A DNA stretch of 64,000 nt, from NCBI RefSeq assembly GCF_019173455.1, contig NZ_JADPQH010000001.1, positions 1,268,391-1,332,390 of the forward strand, given 5' to 3'. The DNA comes from Nesterenkonia sp. Act20 (lineage in GTDB: Bacteria; Actinomycetota; Actinomycetes; Actinomycetales; Micrococcaceae). The stretch's first letter is position 1, and every line of letters starts with the position of its first letter. Positions 10,102-18,395 of the stretch are shown here, in pieces. Below the pieces are notes generated by a model, which had not been told where the DNA came from, did no database searches, and saw only the letters and a list, made by a program, of their open reading frames with translations. A program made the position numbers and the translations under genes.

Positions 10102-11588
10102 CGTTCTGCCTCCTTCTCGGCGAGGGTCTCGGCCCCAAGGGCGGGGGCAACGTCTGTGGTCGGTCCAGCCGTTCCCGGCATCTCCGCTCCGACTTCGGCG
10201 ACCTTCGGGGTGGTAGGGAGCACGGCGTTCAGGAGGACGGCGGCGAGCATGGCCGGCACGATGCCCGAGGTGAGCAGGAGCGCGATGTCCGGGTGGAAGG
10301 CGGCCGTGACCTCCTCGGAGGCGAAGGAGAATCCGATGCCCAGGCCCAGCGAGACGGCGACGATCAGCATGGCCCGGCGGTCGAGGACTTGGCTGCTGAC
10401 CACCTGGATCCCTGCGGAGGCCACCATGGAGAACATCACCAGCACCGCTCCGCCGAGCACGGCGTAGGGGATGGTGCTGAAGAAGGCCGCGAACTTCGGC
10501 ACGAACCCTGCCAGAAGCAGCATGCCCCCGGCCATGGCGACCACGAAGCGGCTCACGACGCCGCTGAGCACGACCACGCCGGTGTTCTGGCTGAAGGTCG
10601 TGTTGGGCATCGCACCGAAGAGCGCTCCCAGCGAAGTGCCCACCCCATCCGCCATGACGCCTCCGCTGAGCTGGCGGGAGGTGGGTGATGCCCCGACGGC
10701 GGTCCGGGAGACGGCGGTGAGATCTCCGATGGACTCCATCGAGCTGGCCAGCGCGATGACGGTGATCGCAATGATGGCGGCTCCGGTGAAGTCCATGCCG
10801 AAGTGCAGCGGGGTCGGGGCGAAGAACCAGTCCGCCTCGGCCACGGCGGCGAGGCTGACCATGCCGAAGGCTGCCGCCACGGCGTAGCCGGTGAGCAGAC
10901 CGATCAGCACTGAGGCCACGGAGAGGAAGCCCTTGCCGAACTGGTTGCACAGCACGGTCACCACGACCACCAGGGCTGCGATGCCGAAGTGGAACAGCGC
11001 CCCATAGTCCCCGGCGCTCTGCGCCGGGGCACCGCCTGCGGCGTAGTCGATGGCGGTGGGCATGAGCTTGATGCCGATGATCAGGATGATGATGCCGCAC
11101 ACCAGGGGCGGAAAGAGCCGTGAGATCCAGTGCAGGGCACCGCCGAAGATCACCTGCACGAAGCCTGCGACGAAGGCGCCGCCGAAGACCGCCGCGATGC
11201 CGAACTCCTGAGCGATGGGAATCGCCACCGCCAGGAACGCGAAGCTGGTGCCCTGCATGACGGGCAGCCGAGATCCCACGGGCCCCAGACCCAACGTCTG
11301 CAGCAGCGTGGTCACACCCGAGACGATCATGGCCAGCTGCACCAGCAGCGTGGTCTCCCCGGTGGTCATCCCGATGGCGGTGGCCACGATCAGGGGAGGC
11401 GCCGCATTGCCGACGAACATGGCCAGCAGATGCTGGACCGCCAGCGGAGCTGCGCGGTGCAGCGGGGGCAGCTCATTGACCCGGGCGACCGCCTCGGCCG
11501 CAGTGACCTGCGAAGCAGTCGCGCCGCCGTGGGTCGAGCCCTCGGCCGTATCCGTGGTGTGAGGGGAGGCAGTGGTCTCGGCAGGCAT
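10098..11588 (-). CDS. Nucleobase:cation symporter-2 (NCS2) permease, xanthine/uric acid type
   Basis: 496 aa, ~12-14 predicted TM helices, NCS2 signature regions (VLGGAVLVMF..., QNTGVVVLSGV). Confidence 0.8.
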   Translation of the reverse strand: MPAETTASPHTTDTAEGSTHGGATASQVTAAEAVARVNELPPLHRAAPLAVQHLLAMFVGNAAPPLIVATAIGMTTGETTLLVQLAMIVSGVTTLLQTLGLGPVGSRLPVMQGTSFAFLAVAIPIAQEFGIAAVFGGAFVAGFVQVIFGGALHWISRLFPPLVCGIIILIIGIKLMPTAIDYAAGGAPAQSAGDYGALFHFGIAALVVVVTVLCNQFGKGFLSVASVLIGLLTGYAVAAAFGMVSLAAVAEADWFFAPTPLHFGMDFTGAAIIAITVIALASSMESIGDLTAVSRTAVGASPTSRQLSGGVMADGVGTSLGALFGAMPNTTFSQNTGVVVLSGVVSRFVVAMAGGMLLLAGFVPKFAAFFSTIPYAVLGGAVLVMFSMVASAGIQVVSSQVLDRRAMLIVAVSLGLGIGFSFASEEVTAAFHPDIALLLTSGIVPAMLAAVLLNAVLPTTPKVAEVGAEMPGTAGPTTDVAPALGAETLAEKEAER

Positions 11589-11729
11589 AGGAGCAACTTC
11601 CTGTCACGGTGATGAACCGGCTTGTCTCCTACACGCTATGAGTCCGGTGTTAGGGCCGTGTTTCCACACGATTACCGCCGTAAGAAACATGCGTTCCGTA
11701 TTTCACGCCTATCGGAACGCAGGTTTCAC

Positions 11730-12656
11730 TCAGGCGAAGCCGCCGATCCATTCCCAGGCCTGCGGTCGCGCAGGCGCTGCCCTGCGGGTGACGGAGGCGT
11801 TCATCAGACCGTAGGGGCGGTCCCCCGCCTGGAAGACCTCATTGGGGTTCTCCAGACCGAAGGGACTCAGGTCCACCACATAGTGATGATTGTTCGGCAT
11901 CACGAACCGGATGTCCTCGATCTCCTCCACTGCACCGAGCACGGCCTCGCCTGCGGCGTAGAGCGTCTGCTGCAGGGACAGCGAGTGGACCAGCGCGAAC
12001 TGCTCCATCACGATCTGCTTGACGCGCGCGTAGAGGGCGTCGAAGTCGACCTCCTGTGCGTCGATATCTGCGGCGAAGAGCCAGCGGGCGGTGATGTCCG
12101 TGGCCATCACCCGGTCCCGGGTCTCGGGCAGCGTGGTGTACCGGTCCTTCGGATACCCGGAGAACTCGCTGCCGGTGGTCTTGAGGACGGTGAGGTCGCT
12201 GAATCCGCCCATCAGGTGCTCGTCACCATCCTGGATGGTCAGCGCCGCGGTGCGGATCTCCTGCTTGGACTTCACGAAGGAGTGCTCGTGTTCGGTGAGC
12301 GCACCATCGGACCCCGGGACCTGGATCCGTTCCCAGGGGTAGGACTCAGCACTCCAGCGGCCGCCGTCGACCTCGGCATACTCGACGAAGTGGCGTCCGA
12401 GCAGCAGCAGGAACTGCTCCGGGGTGCTGATCCCGTGCTCCTTGGCGAAGGCGTAGACGGTGTTCTTCTGGGTATCGGTGGCGATGACCCTGCTGTTGTC
12501 ACCCTCGGTGTAGCAGTCGGTGAAGTCTCCACGCAGCATCGAGCTGACGTTGAGATCCATGAGCGTGTGGACCGGGGTGTCCCGGTTCACCCGGACCACG
12601 CGCACCTCGGCCTTCCCGTACTGGTTGGGGCCAAGGACGACGTCGGGACTGCTCAT
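11730..12656 (-). CDS. Urate oxidase (uricase)
   Basis: 308 aa; YGKAEVRVVRV and TQKNTVYAFAK motifs of factor-independent uricase (tunnel-fold). Confidence 0.85.
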   Translation of the reverse strand: MSSPDVVLGPNQYGKAEVRVVRVNRDTPVHTLMDLNVSSMLRGDFTDCYTEGDNSRVIATDTQKNTVYAFAKEHGISTPEQFLLLLGRHFVEYAEVDGGRWSAESYPWERIQVPGSDGALTEHEHSFVKSKQEIRTAALTIQDGDEHLMGGFSDLTVLKTTGSEFSGYPKDRYTTLPETRDRVMATDITARWLFAADIDAQEVDFDALYARVKQIVMEQFALVHSLSLQQTLYAAGEAVLGAVEEIEDIRFVMPNNHHYVVDLSPFGLENPNEVFQAGDRPYGLMNASVTRRAAPARPQAWEWIGGFA

Positions 12657-12756
12657 AGGGATGCTCCTTCAGGGGTGAGTCGGCGTGCAGGTGTCAGTGG
12701 GTGAGGCGTGCGAGGGTCGGGCGCGCGGATCCCCGAACTCGAAGGGCTGGCAATGG

Positions 12757-13083
12757 TCAGCTGCCCCGGTAGGTGCTGTAGGCGAAGGGGCTCAGCAGCA
12801 GGGGCACGTGATAATGCGCAGCCGAGGCCTCCACAGCGAAGGTCAGCGTGACCTCAGGGAAGAAGTGATCCACCGCGCGGGACGCGAAGTACTCTCCGGT
12901 GCCGAAGACGAGCCGGTGCGCACCTTCGGGCAGCGTCTCGGGTCCCAGCTCCGTGATGCGACCATCGGCGTCGGTGGTTCCGGAGGCGATCTGCGCCCCC
13001 TCGGGCCCCAGCAGCTGCACGGTGATTCCTCGTGCCGGAGTCCCGGTGGTGGTGTCCAGGACATGGGTGGTGATGAGACTCAT
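12757..13083 (-). CDS. 5-hydroxyisourate hydrolase (transthyretin-like)
   Basis: 108 aa from internal ATG of track ORF 12757..13179; MSLITTHVLDTTTG... and C-terminal YRGS tetrapeptide diagnostic of HIUase. Confidence 0.85.
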   Translation of the reverse strand: MSLITTHVLDTTTGTPARGITVQLLGPEGAQIASGTTDADGRITELGPETLPEGAHRLVFGTGEYFASRAVDHFFPEVTLTFAVEASAAHYHVPLLLSPFAYSTYRGS

Positions 13084-13111
13084 CGTGGCTCCTCTGCCTT
13101 GTTTCAATCTC

Positions 13112-13999
13112 TCAGCGTTCGAGCTCGTCGAGTTCGTCGTAGGCTTTCGCGATGGCGGAGATGCGCTTCCGGCCAGCACCGAGCTGCCGGTTGAGCACCC
13201 CGTTGGCGAGCAGACTGACCAGGGTCATCGCCGCCGCGTAGCTGTCGAAGGCACCTTCCGAGTCGATGGGGCATTCGATCCAGCAGTCGGCCTCCATGGC
13301 GTAGTGCCGGGAGGTGCTGTCGCCCAGGCAGAGGAGCTGGGCTTCGGAGGACGCCACCGCCCGGACCGCCTTGCCGAAGACCACGGGACGACGGCGGAAG
13401 CCCACCGCCACCACCAGATCCCCGGCTCCGATGCCGGCGAGCTCCTCGCCCAGGGTCTGACCGGGCTGGGGTGCGATCCGCACCCTGGGCCGGGTCTGGA
13501 TGAGCTGCTGGTGCAGATGAAGCGCCACCGGGTAGCTGTTGCGCAGCCCGAGCAGGATCACCCGTTCGGCGCTCGCGAGCATCTCCACCGCCTGTTGAAG
13601 CCTGCCATCGGCCAAGCCTGCGGTCAGCCGCGCGAGGTTATCGTGGTCGCGCGCCTCGTGACGCTGCATTCCGGTGGAGCCTTCGGTGTCGGCGGAGGTC
13701 ACCGGCGCAGCTGTGGGGACTCCTCGGCTGCGCAGCGCGCGAGCGTGATCTTTGACCTCGCGGAAGTCCTCGAAGTCGAGCTTGCGGAACAGCCGAGATA
13801 CCGTGGCCTTCGAGACGCCCGTCTCGCGACTGATATCTGCTGCGGAGAAGATGGCCAGGTCGCCCAAATGCTCCAGCAGGAAGTCAGCCACTCGCCGCTC
13901 CTGCGGGGCCAGCGCCCCGTAGTGGGCGTCGATCCGGGCGTCGATGCGCGTCTCGGGTTCGAGCGGGGGCTGGTTCGCGGCCTCCGGTGGCGGGGTCAT
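13112..13999 (-). CDS. RpiR/MurR-family transcriptional regulator (HTH_6 + SIS domain)
   Basis: 295 aa; N-terminal HTH (AADISRETGVSKATVSRLFRKLDF), C-terminal SIS sugar-phosphate-binding domain; ATGA overlap with upstream allC. Confidence 0.75.
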   Translation of the reverse strand: MTPPPEAANQPPLEPETRIDARIDAHYGALAPQERRVADFLLEHLGDLAIFSAADISRETGVSKATVSRLFRKLDFEDFREVKDHARALRSRGVPTAAPVTSADTEGSTGMQRHEARDHDNLARLTAGLADGRLQQAVEMLASAERVILLGLRNSYPVALHLHQQLIQTRPRVRIAPQPGQTLGEELAGIGAGDLVVAVGFRRRPVVFGKAVRAVASSEAQLLCLGDSTSRHYAMEADCWIECPIDSEGAFDSYAAAMTLVSLLANGVLNRQLGAGRKRISAIAKAYDELDELER

Positions 14000-15249
14000 C
14001 GTCCTGCTCGCTCTCCGTGCTCACGTGCAAGCACCCAGACAGCTTCTTGCAGCGCCTGCAGAGCCAATGCCACATCGGCGGAGATGACGTTCTCCTCCGG
14101 GTGGTGGCTGATGCCGTCCTCGCAGCGGGTGAAGAGCATGCCGATCTCCGTCACCGCCGCCATCGCCATGGCGTCGTGCCCAGCACGCGAGTACAGGGTG
14201 ATCGGGTCGGCGTCCCCGGTGGCGGCCACGCCGGCCGCGAGCGCTCGCGTCATCCGCGGCGAGCAGCCCACGGTGGACGCGGCGTGGATCTCTTCGACCA
14301 CCAGCTCCAAGCTGCGCTGGGCGCAGAACCGGCTCAGCGCAGCGTGGATCTCCTGCCAGGCGGTGTCACGGAGCTCATCAGATTCGGCGCGCAGGTCCAG
14401 GGAGAAGTCGGCCTCTCCCGGCACGACGTTCACCGCACCGGGACGGGTCTCCAGCTGACCGACCGTGGCGATAACACCGCGCTCACGGCCGATCCGTTCC
14501 ACGTCCAGGACTGCCTGAGCGGCCCCGACCAGTGCGTCCCGCCGGCGTTCATAGGGGGTGCCCCCGGCATGCCGGGCCTCACCGAGGATGGCGAGCCGAA
14601 AGCGGCGCGCCCCGGCGATGGAGCTGACCAGCCCCAAGGCCCGATCGGCCGCTTCGAGAGAGGGGCCCTGCTCGATATGGGCTTCGAGGTAGCCGACCAG
14701 ATCCTCAGGCGCCCGGGCGGCGTCGTCGACCTTCTCTGGATCCAGGCCGAAGTCCCAGAAGGCCTGAGCCATGCTGATCCCCTCGGCGTCCACGGCCTCC
14801 CACCAGGCGGGGTCCCAGGTGCCCGCCATGGCACGTGATCCCAGCAGGGTCGCGCCGAACCGGGTGCCCTCCTCATCGGCGAAGGCGATGATCTCCACGG
14901 CGAAGGGAAGGTCCTTCGCGTAGGGGGCCAGCAGACGGACCGTCTCGATTCCCAGCAGCACACCCATGATGCCGTCATAGCGTCCGGCATCGGGAACGGT
15001 GTCGAGGTGGGAGGCGATGATCAGCGCCGGCAGGCCGGGCTCGCGACCCTCGAGCCGAGCACACTGGTTGCCTGCGGCGTCCTGCCAGGTCTCCATCCCC
15101 ACCTCGGCCATCCACGCCGCGGCGAGTGCATTGTGCCGCTGGTGCTCTTCGGTCAGGTAGGCGCGCAGGATCCCGTCGGGGAGAGCGCTGATCGCGGCAA
15201 GCTCGTCACAGCGGGTCATGATGCGGTCGGCCGCAGCGTCGAGGGTCAC
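13996..15249 (-). CDS. allC: Allantoate amidohydrolase (M20 family, AllC-like)
   Basis: 417 aa M20/M28 peptidase-like with dimerisation insert; strongest resemblance to allantoate amidohydrolase/N-carbamoyl-amino-acid hydrolases; context. Confidence 0.7.
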   Translation of the reverse strand: MTLDAAADRIMTRCDELAAISALPDGILRAYLTEEHQRHNALAAAWMAEVGMETWQDAAGNQCARLEGREPGLPALIIASHLDTVPDAGRYDGIMGVLLGIETVRLLAPYAKDLPFAVEIIAFADEEGTRFGATLLGSRAMAGTWDPAWWEAVDAEGISMAQAFWDFGLDPEKVDDAARAPEDLVGYLEAHIEQGPSLEAADRALGLVSSIAGARRFRLAILGEARHAGGTPYERRRDALVGAAQAVLDVERIGRERGVIATVGQLETRPGAVNVVPGEADFSLDLRAESDELRDTAWQEIHAALSRFCAQRSLELVVEEIHAASTVGCSPRMTRALAAGVAATGDADPITLYSRAGHDAMAMAAVTEIGMLFTRCEDGISHHPEENVISADVALALQALQEAVWVLAREHGERAGR

Positions 15250-16613
15250 GGGGAGACCTCCCGAGACTCCAGGGGCCGATCGAACTGCCCAGGCTGGTGG
15301 AGCTGGTCGGACTGACCGGGCTGCCCGGGCTGGTCGAGCTGGTCGAGCTGGTCGAGCTGGTCGAGCTGCCCCGCCTGCCCGCGAGTCGACTGTTCCTGGT
15401 AGATCTCTGCCGCGGCTCCGGTGCCGCCGCCGGCGCGGACCTCAGCGCCACCAGCGCGCAACACCTGTTCCAGCGCCGCGAGGGTGAGCATCACGGCGTC
15501 CTTGCGGGCGTTATAGCCCATGGTGCCGATGCGCCAGACCTTCCCGTGCAGCGGCCCGAAGCTGGTGCCGATCTCGATGCCGTAGTCCTGGAGCATGGCC
15601 GAACGGGCGGCGTCGCCATCGATCCCTGCAGGGATCTCCACGGCGACCACGTTGTTCATCTTGTGCGTGACGTCCCCGAAGACCGCCAGCCCGAGCCCCC
15701 GGACTCCCGCCAGCATGGCCTGGCCATGGAGCTCATGACGGGCGACGGCGGCGTCGATCCCCTCGTCCAGCAGCAGTCGAGCACATTCACGCGCCCCGTA
15801 GAGCATGGAGGTTGCCTCGGTGTGGTGGTTCAGCCGCTGGGGGCCCCAGTAGTCCATGATCATCGCCAGATCGAAGTAGTTCGAGGCGATTCTGGTGCCG
15901 CGGCCTGCAGTGCCGTCGGCGATGCCTGCCTCGACATGCCGACGAGAACGGATGACGTCCACGGCGCGCGGGGAGAGGGTGATCGGCGCCGAACCAGAGG
16001 GTCCCCCGAGGCATTTCTGCAGTCCGGCCGTGACAGCGTCGATCTTCCATGCATCGGCGGAGAACTCATTGCCTGCCAGAGAGGCCGTCACGTCGGTGTA
16101 GAACAGCACGTCGTGGCGCTGGCAGATCTCACCGATGCCGGCGAGCGGCTGATTCATCGTGGTGGAGGTGTCCCCCTGGACGAGAGCAAGCAGCGTGGGC
16201 CGCTCCTCGATGATGGCCGCCTCGATCTCCTCTGGCGTGAAGACCTGGCCCCAGGTCTTCTCGCGGACCGCGACCTCAGCTCCGGCGCGCACGGCGATCT
16301 CGGCGAGCAGGTGACCGAACCGTCCGAAGATCGGCACGAGCACCTTCGAACCGGGCTCGATCAGCGAGACCAGAGCCGCTTCGATGCCGGCCCGGGAAGT
16401 GCCGTCCACCAGGAACGTCGCCTCGTTGTTGGTCTTGAAGACTCCGCGGTAGAGCTCCATGACCTCGTTCATATAACCGGTCATCGCGGGATCATATTGG
16501 CCCACGAGCTGAGCCGACATGGCACGCAGCACGCGCGGATCGGCGTTGATCGGGCCCGGCCCCATGAGCAGCCGGGGTGGCGGATTGATCTGGCGGGAGC
16601 TCATGAGGACCAT
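15246..16613 (-). CDS. Class V (PLP) aminotransferase, PucG-like (S)-ureidoglycine-glyoxylate / alanine-glyoxylate aminotransferase, with repetitive (QLD)n/(PGQ)n C-terminal tail
   Basis: 455 aa; AGT-family fold (SRQINPPPRLLMGPGPIN... , lysine region GLQKCLGGPSG); C-terminal ~55 aa low-complexity tail encoded by a 9-bp tandem array. Confidence 0.7.
   Translation of the reverse strand: MVLMSSRQINPPPRLLMGPGPINADPRVLRAMSAQLVGQYDPAMTGYMNEVMELYRGVFKTNNEATFLVDGTSRAGIEAALVSLIEPGSKVLVPIFGRFGHLLAEIAVRAGAEVAVREKTWGQVFTPEEIEAAIIEERPTLLALVQGDTSTTMNQPLAGIGEICQRHDVLFYTDVTASLAGNEFSADAWKIDAVTAGLQKCLGGPSGSAPITLSPRAVDVIRSRRHVEAGIADGTAGRGTRIASNYFDLAMIMDYWGPQRLNHHTEATSMLYGARECARLLLDEGIDAAVARHELHGQAMLAGVRGLGLAVFGDVTHKMNNVVAVEIPAGIDGDAARSAMLQDYGIEIGTSFGPLHGKVWRIGTMGYNARKDAVMLTLAALEQVLRAGGAEVRAGGGTGAAAEIYQEQSTRGQAGQLDQLDQLDQLDQPGQPGQSDQLHQPGQFDRPLESREVSP
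15294..15383. repeat. 9-bp tandem repeat array (ctgNNcNNN x10; four perfect ctggtcgag copies at 15330-15365) inside the aminotransferase 3' end
   Basis: Read directly: ctggtggag ctggtcgga ctgaccggg ctgcccggg (ctggtcgag)x4 ctgccccgc ctgcccgcg; in-frame, encodes ...QLDQLDQLDQLDQPGQPGQ... Confidence 0.9.
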
Positions 16614-16656
16614 GCTACTGAAACTATTGTTTCATTCGTGAAACAGGTGCGTATCG

Positions 16657-17151
16657 TCATGAGACGACCTGCTCCAGTCGCAGCACTGCGATCTCGGCGA
16701 GCTGCTCGCGTCGGACGACGGCCTCTTCCTCCTCGGTGTTCTGCAGGCGAAGTTCGAGCTGGGTGCGCATCTCACGGTCTGATCGGCCTGCGGCGCGGAT
16801 CAGGAAGATCCGGTCGAAGCGCTGTTCGTAGGCCTCATTGGCGCTGATCCACTCCGCCTGGGCGGTCTCATCGGCGCCGAGGCTTCCCTGTTCTCGTCGG
16901 GAGGCCTCGGCTTCCCGGGAGGAGCCCTGCACCTTCTCTCCGATCCGCGGGTGATGTTCGAGCGCGCCGTCGACCTCGAGGTCGGTCCAGTCCTGTGCGA
17001 GCTCCGCGGCGGTGGTGGTCAGCTCCGCGACGCTCTCGTAGGGCCTCCGGGCGAGGAGCGCGGCGCGCCAGGAGGGAATGGGCGCGCAGGCGGCGAGCGT
17101 CTCCGTCAGCTCCTCCGGGGTGGCCGCATTGAATTCGCTGAGCTTCATCAT
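16657..17151 (-). CDS. uraD: OHCU decarboxylase (2-oxo-4-hydroxy-4-carboxy-5-ureidoimidazoline decarboxylase)
   Basis: 164 aa (MMKLSEFNAATPEELTETLAACAPIPSW...HPRIGE...); lies in the C-terminal part of the artefactual 618-aa track ORF 16657..18513; ATGA overlap with the amidase stop. Confidence 0.75.
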   Translation of the reverse strand: MMKLSEFNAATPEELTETLAACAPIPSWRAALLARRPYESVAELTTTAAELAQDWTDLEVDGALEHHPRIGEKVQGSSREAEASRREQGSLGADETAQAEWISANEAYEQRFDRIFLIRAAGRSDREMRTQLELRLQNTEEEEAVVRREQLAEIAVLRLEQVVS

Positions 17152-18395
17152 CGGATCTCCTGTGTCGACGGCAGCCGGGCGTGGAACTCCTGCGCCCAGC
17201 GGATGAGTGCACGGTCGCTCCCGGCAGCCCCGAGCAGGCAGACGCCGGTGGGAAGTCCCGCTGCCGTGCGCAGCGGGACATTGACCGCGGGCAGCCCGGC
17301 CAGACCGGCCAGGCAGGTGAGCATCATGGTGCCGCGGCGGTGTTCCTCGATGACTTCTCCGCCCAGTGCGGCCTCGCTGCGCAGCGGTGCGGGACCGGCC
17401 GCCGAGGGAAGCGCCAGCACGGAATCGCCGACCCAGTCGCGGATGATTCGGCGTGCCCCGGCGGCCAGCGCCCGGGCCTGCCGCTCCTGATCTGCGGTGA
17501 ACTGGCGGGCCGTGCGGAACCGCGCGCCGACGTCGTCGGCCATCGCCTCCCAGTGGGTGCTGACCCATTCGCCGTGGTTGGCCCAGGCCTCGCGCATCTG
17601 GATGATGCGGAAGGCCTCGAACCAGGCGGCGTGCATCTCCGGGGAGACGCCGGCGATCCGCCTCAGGTGCAGGCGTGGTGGCAGGGCGCTCGGAGGCGCG
17701 GTCACACCGTCCACGGCGGTGCGCACGGCGTCGGCGACCTCCGGCTCCACCTGATCGAAGAGGCCGGGGAGGAGCGTGAGCTCTTCCGGGAGTGCGGCGG
17801 GCTGCTCCGTCTCCGCGCCGGCGGGCAGGAGCACCTCGGCCACGAGGCTCAGCGTCGCGGCGTCGCGGGTCATCCAGCCCACCGCGTCGAAGCTCTGCGC
17901 AAGTGGCAGCAGACCCTCGCGGGAGATGGCGCCGTGGGTGCTGCGTATGCCCCAGAGCCCCTGGTAGGAGGCGGGCACGCGGATCGACCCACCGGTGTCG
18001 GTTCCCAGCCCGATGCTCACCTGACCCAGTGCGACGGCGGCGGCGGAGCCCGAGCTGGACCCCCCGCTGATCCGGTCGGGGGCCGCCGGGTTCGGCGGTG
18101 TCCCGTAGTGCTGATTGGTTCCGGCCAGGGAGAGTGCGAACTCGTCGGTCTGCGCGATCCCGGTGATCGCGGCGCCTGCCTCGAGCAGCTGTCTCACGGG
18201 GGGCGCGGTGCTGGTCTGCTCGGGGGCCTCGGCCAGCCAGGCGGGGTTGCCGGCACCGATGCTGTGTCCCGCAATCGCGTAGAGGTCCTTGACGGCGACG
18301 TTCTGCCCGCCCAGCGGTCCGGTTCCGGAAGACGGGATCAGCGGGGCATCGGGGTCCCCACCCACCCGCCAGATCGTGGGCTCTGCTGTGCTCAT
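17148..18395 (-). CDS. Amidase-signature (AS) family amidase
   Basis: 415 aa with GGSSSGSAAAVA AS-signature and catalytic Ser-cisSer-Lys context (KDLYAIAG). Confidence 0.7.
   Translation of the reverse strand: MSTAEPTIWRVGGDPDAPLIPSSGTGPLGGQNVAVKDLYAIAGHSIGAGNPAWLAEAPEQTSTAPPVRQLLEAGAAITGIAQTDEFALSLAGTNQHYGTPPNPAAPDRISGGSSSGSAAAVALGQVSIGLGTDTGGSIRVPASYQGLWGIRSTHGAISREGLLPLAQSFDAVGWMTRDAATLSLVAEVLLPAGAETEQPAALPEELTLLPGLFDQVEPEVADAVRTAVDGVTAPPSALPPRLHLRRIAGVSPEMHAAWFEAFRIIQMREAWANHGEWVSTHWEAMADDVGARFRTARQFTADQERQARALAAGARRIIRDWVGDSVLALPSAAGPAPLRSEAALGGEVIEEHRRGTMMLTCLAGLAGLPAVNVPLRTAAGLPTGVCLLGAAGSDRALIRWAQEFHARLPSTQEIR

Noticed and set aside
8695-10467. 590-aa + strand ORF over the allantoinase gene
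   Set aside because: Antisense to a gene with clear allantoinase motifs; no domain signal.
8668-11100. 810-aa track ORF (allantoinase frame extended through the permease gene)
   Set aside because: The upstream 330 codons overlap the NCS2 permease in another frame and are Arg/His-rich nonsense; allantoinase starts at TTG 10101.
12899-14458. 519-aa + strand ORF over rpiR/allC
   Set aside because: Antisense artefact of high GC.
15294-15383. Possible CRISPR-like array (regularly spaced short repeats)
   Set aside because: Units are contiguous 9-mers with no spacers, in frame within a coding region: a coding minisatellite, not CRISPR. No cas genes in the window.
15297-16847. 516-aa + strand ORF over the aminotransferase
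   Set aside because: Antisense; its start lies inside the 9-bp repeat array, read in reverse as ELVELVELVEL.
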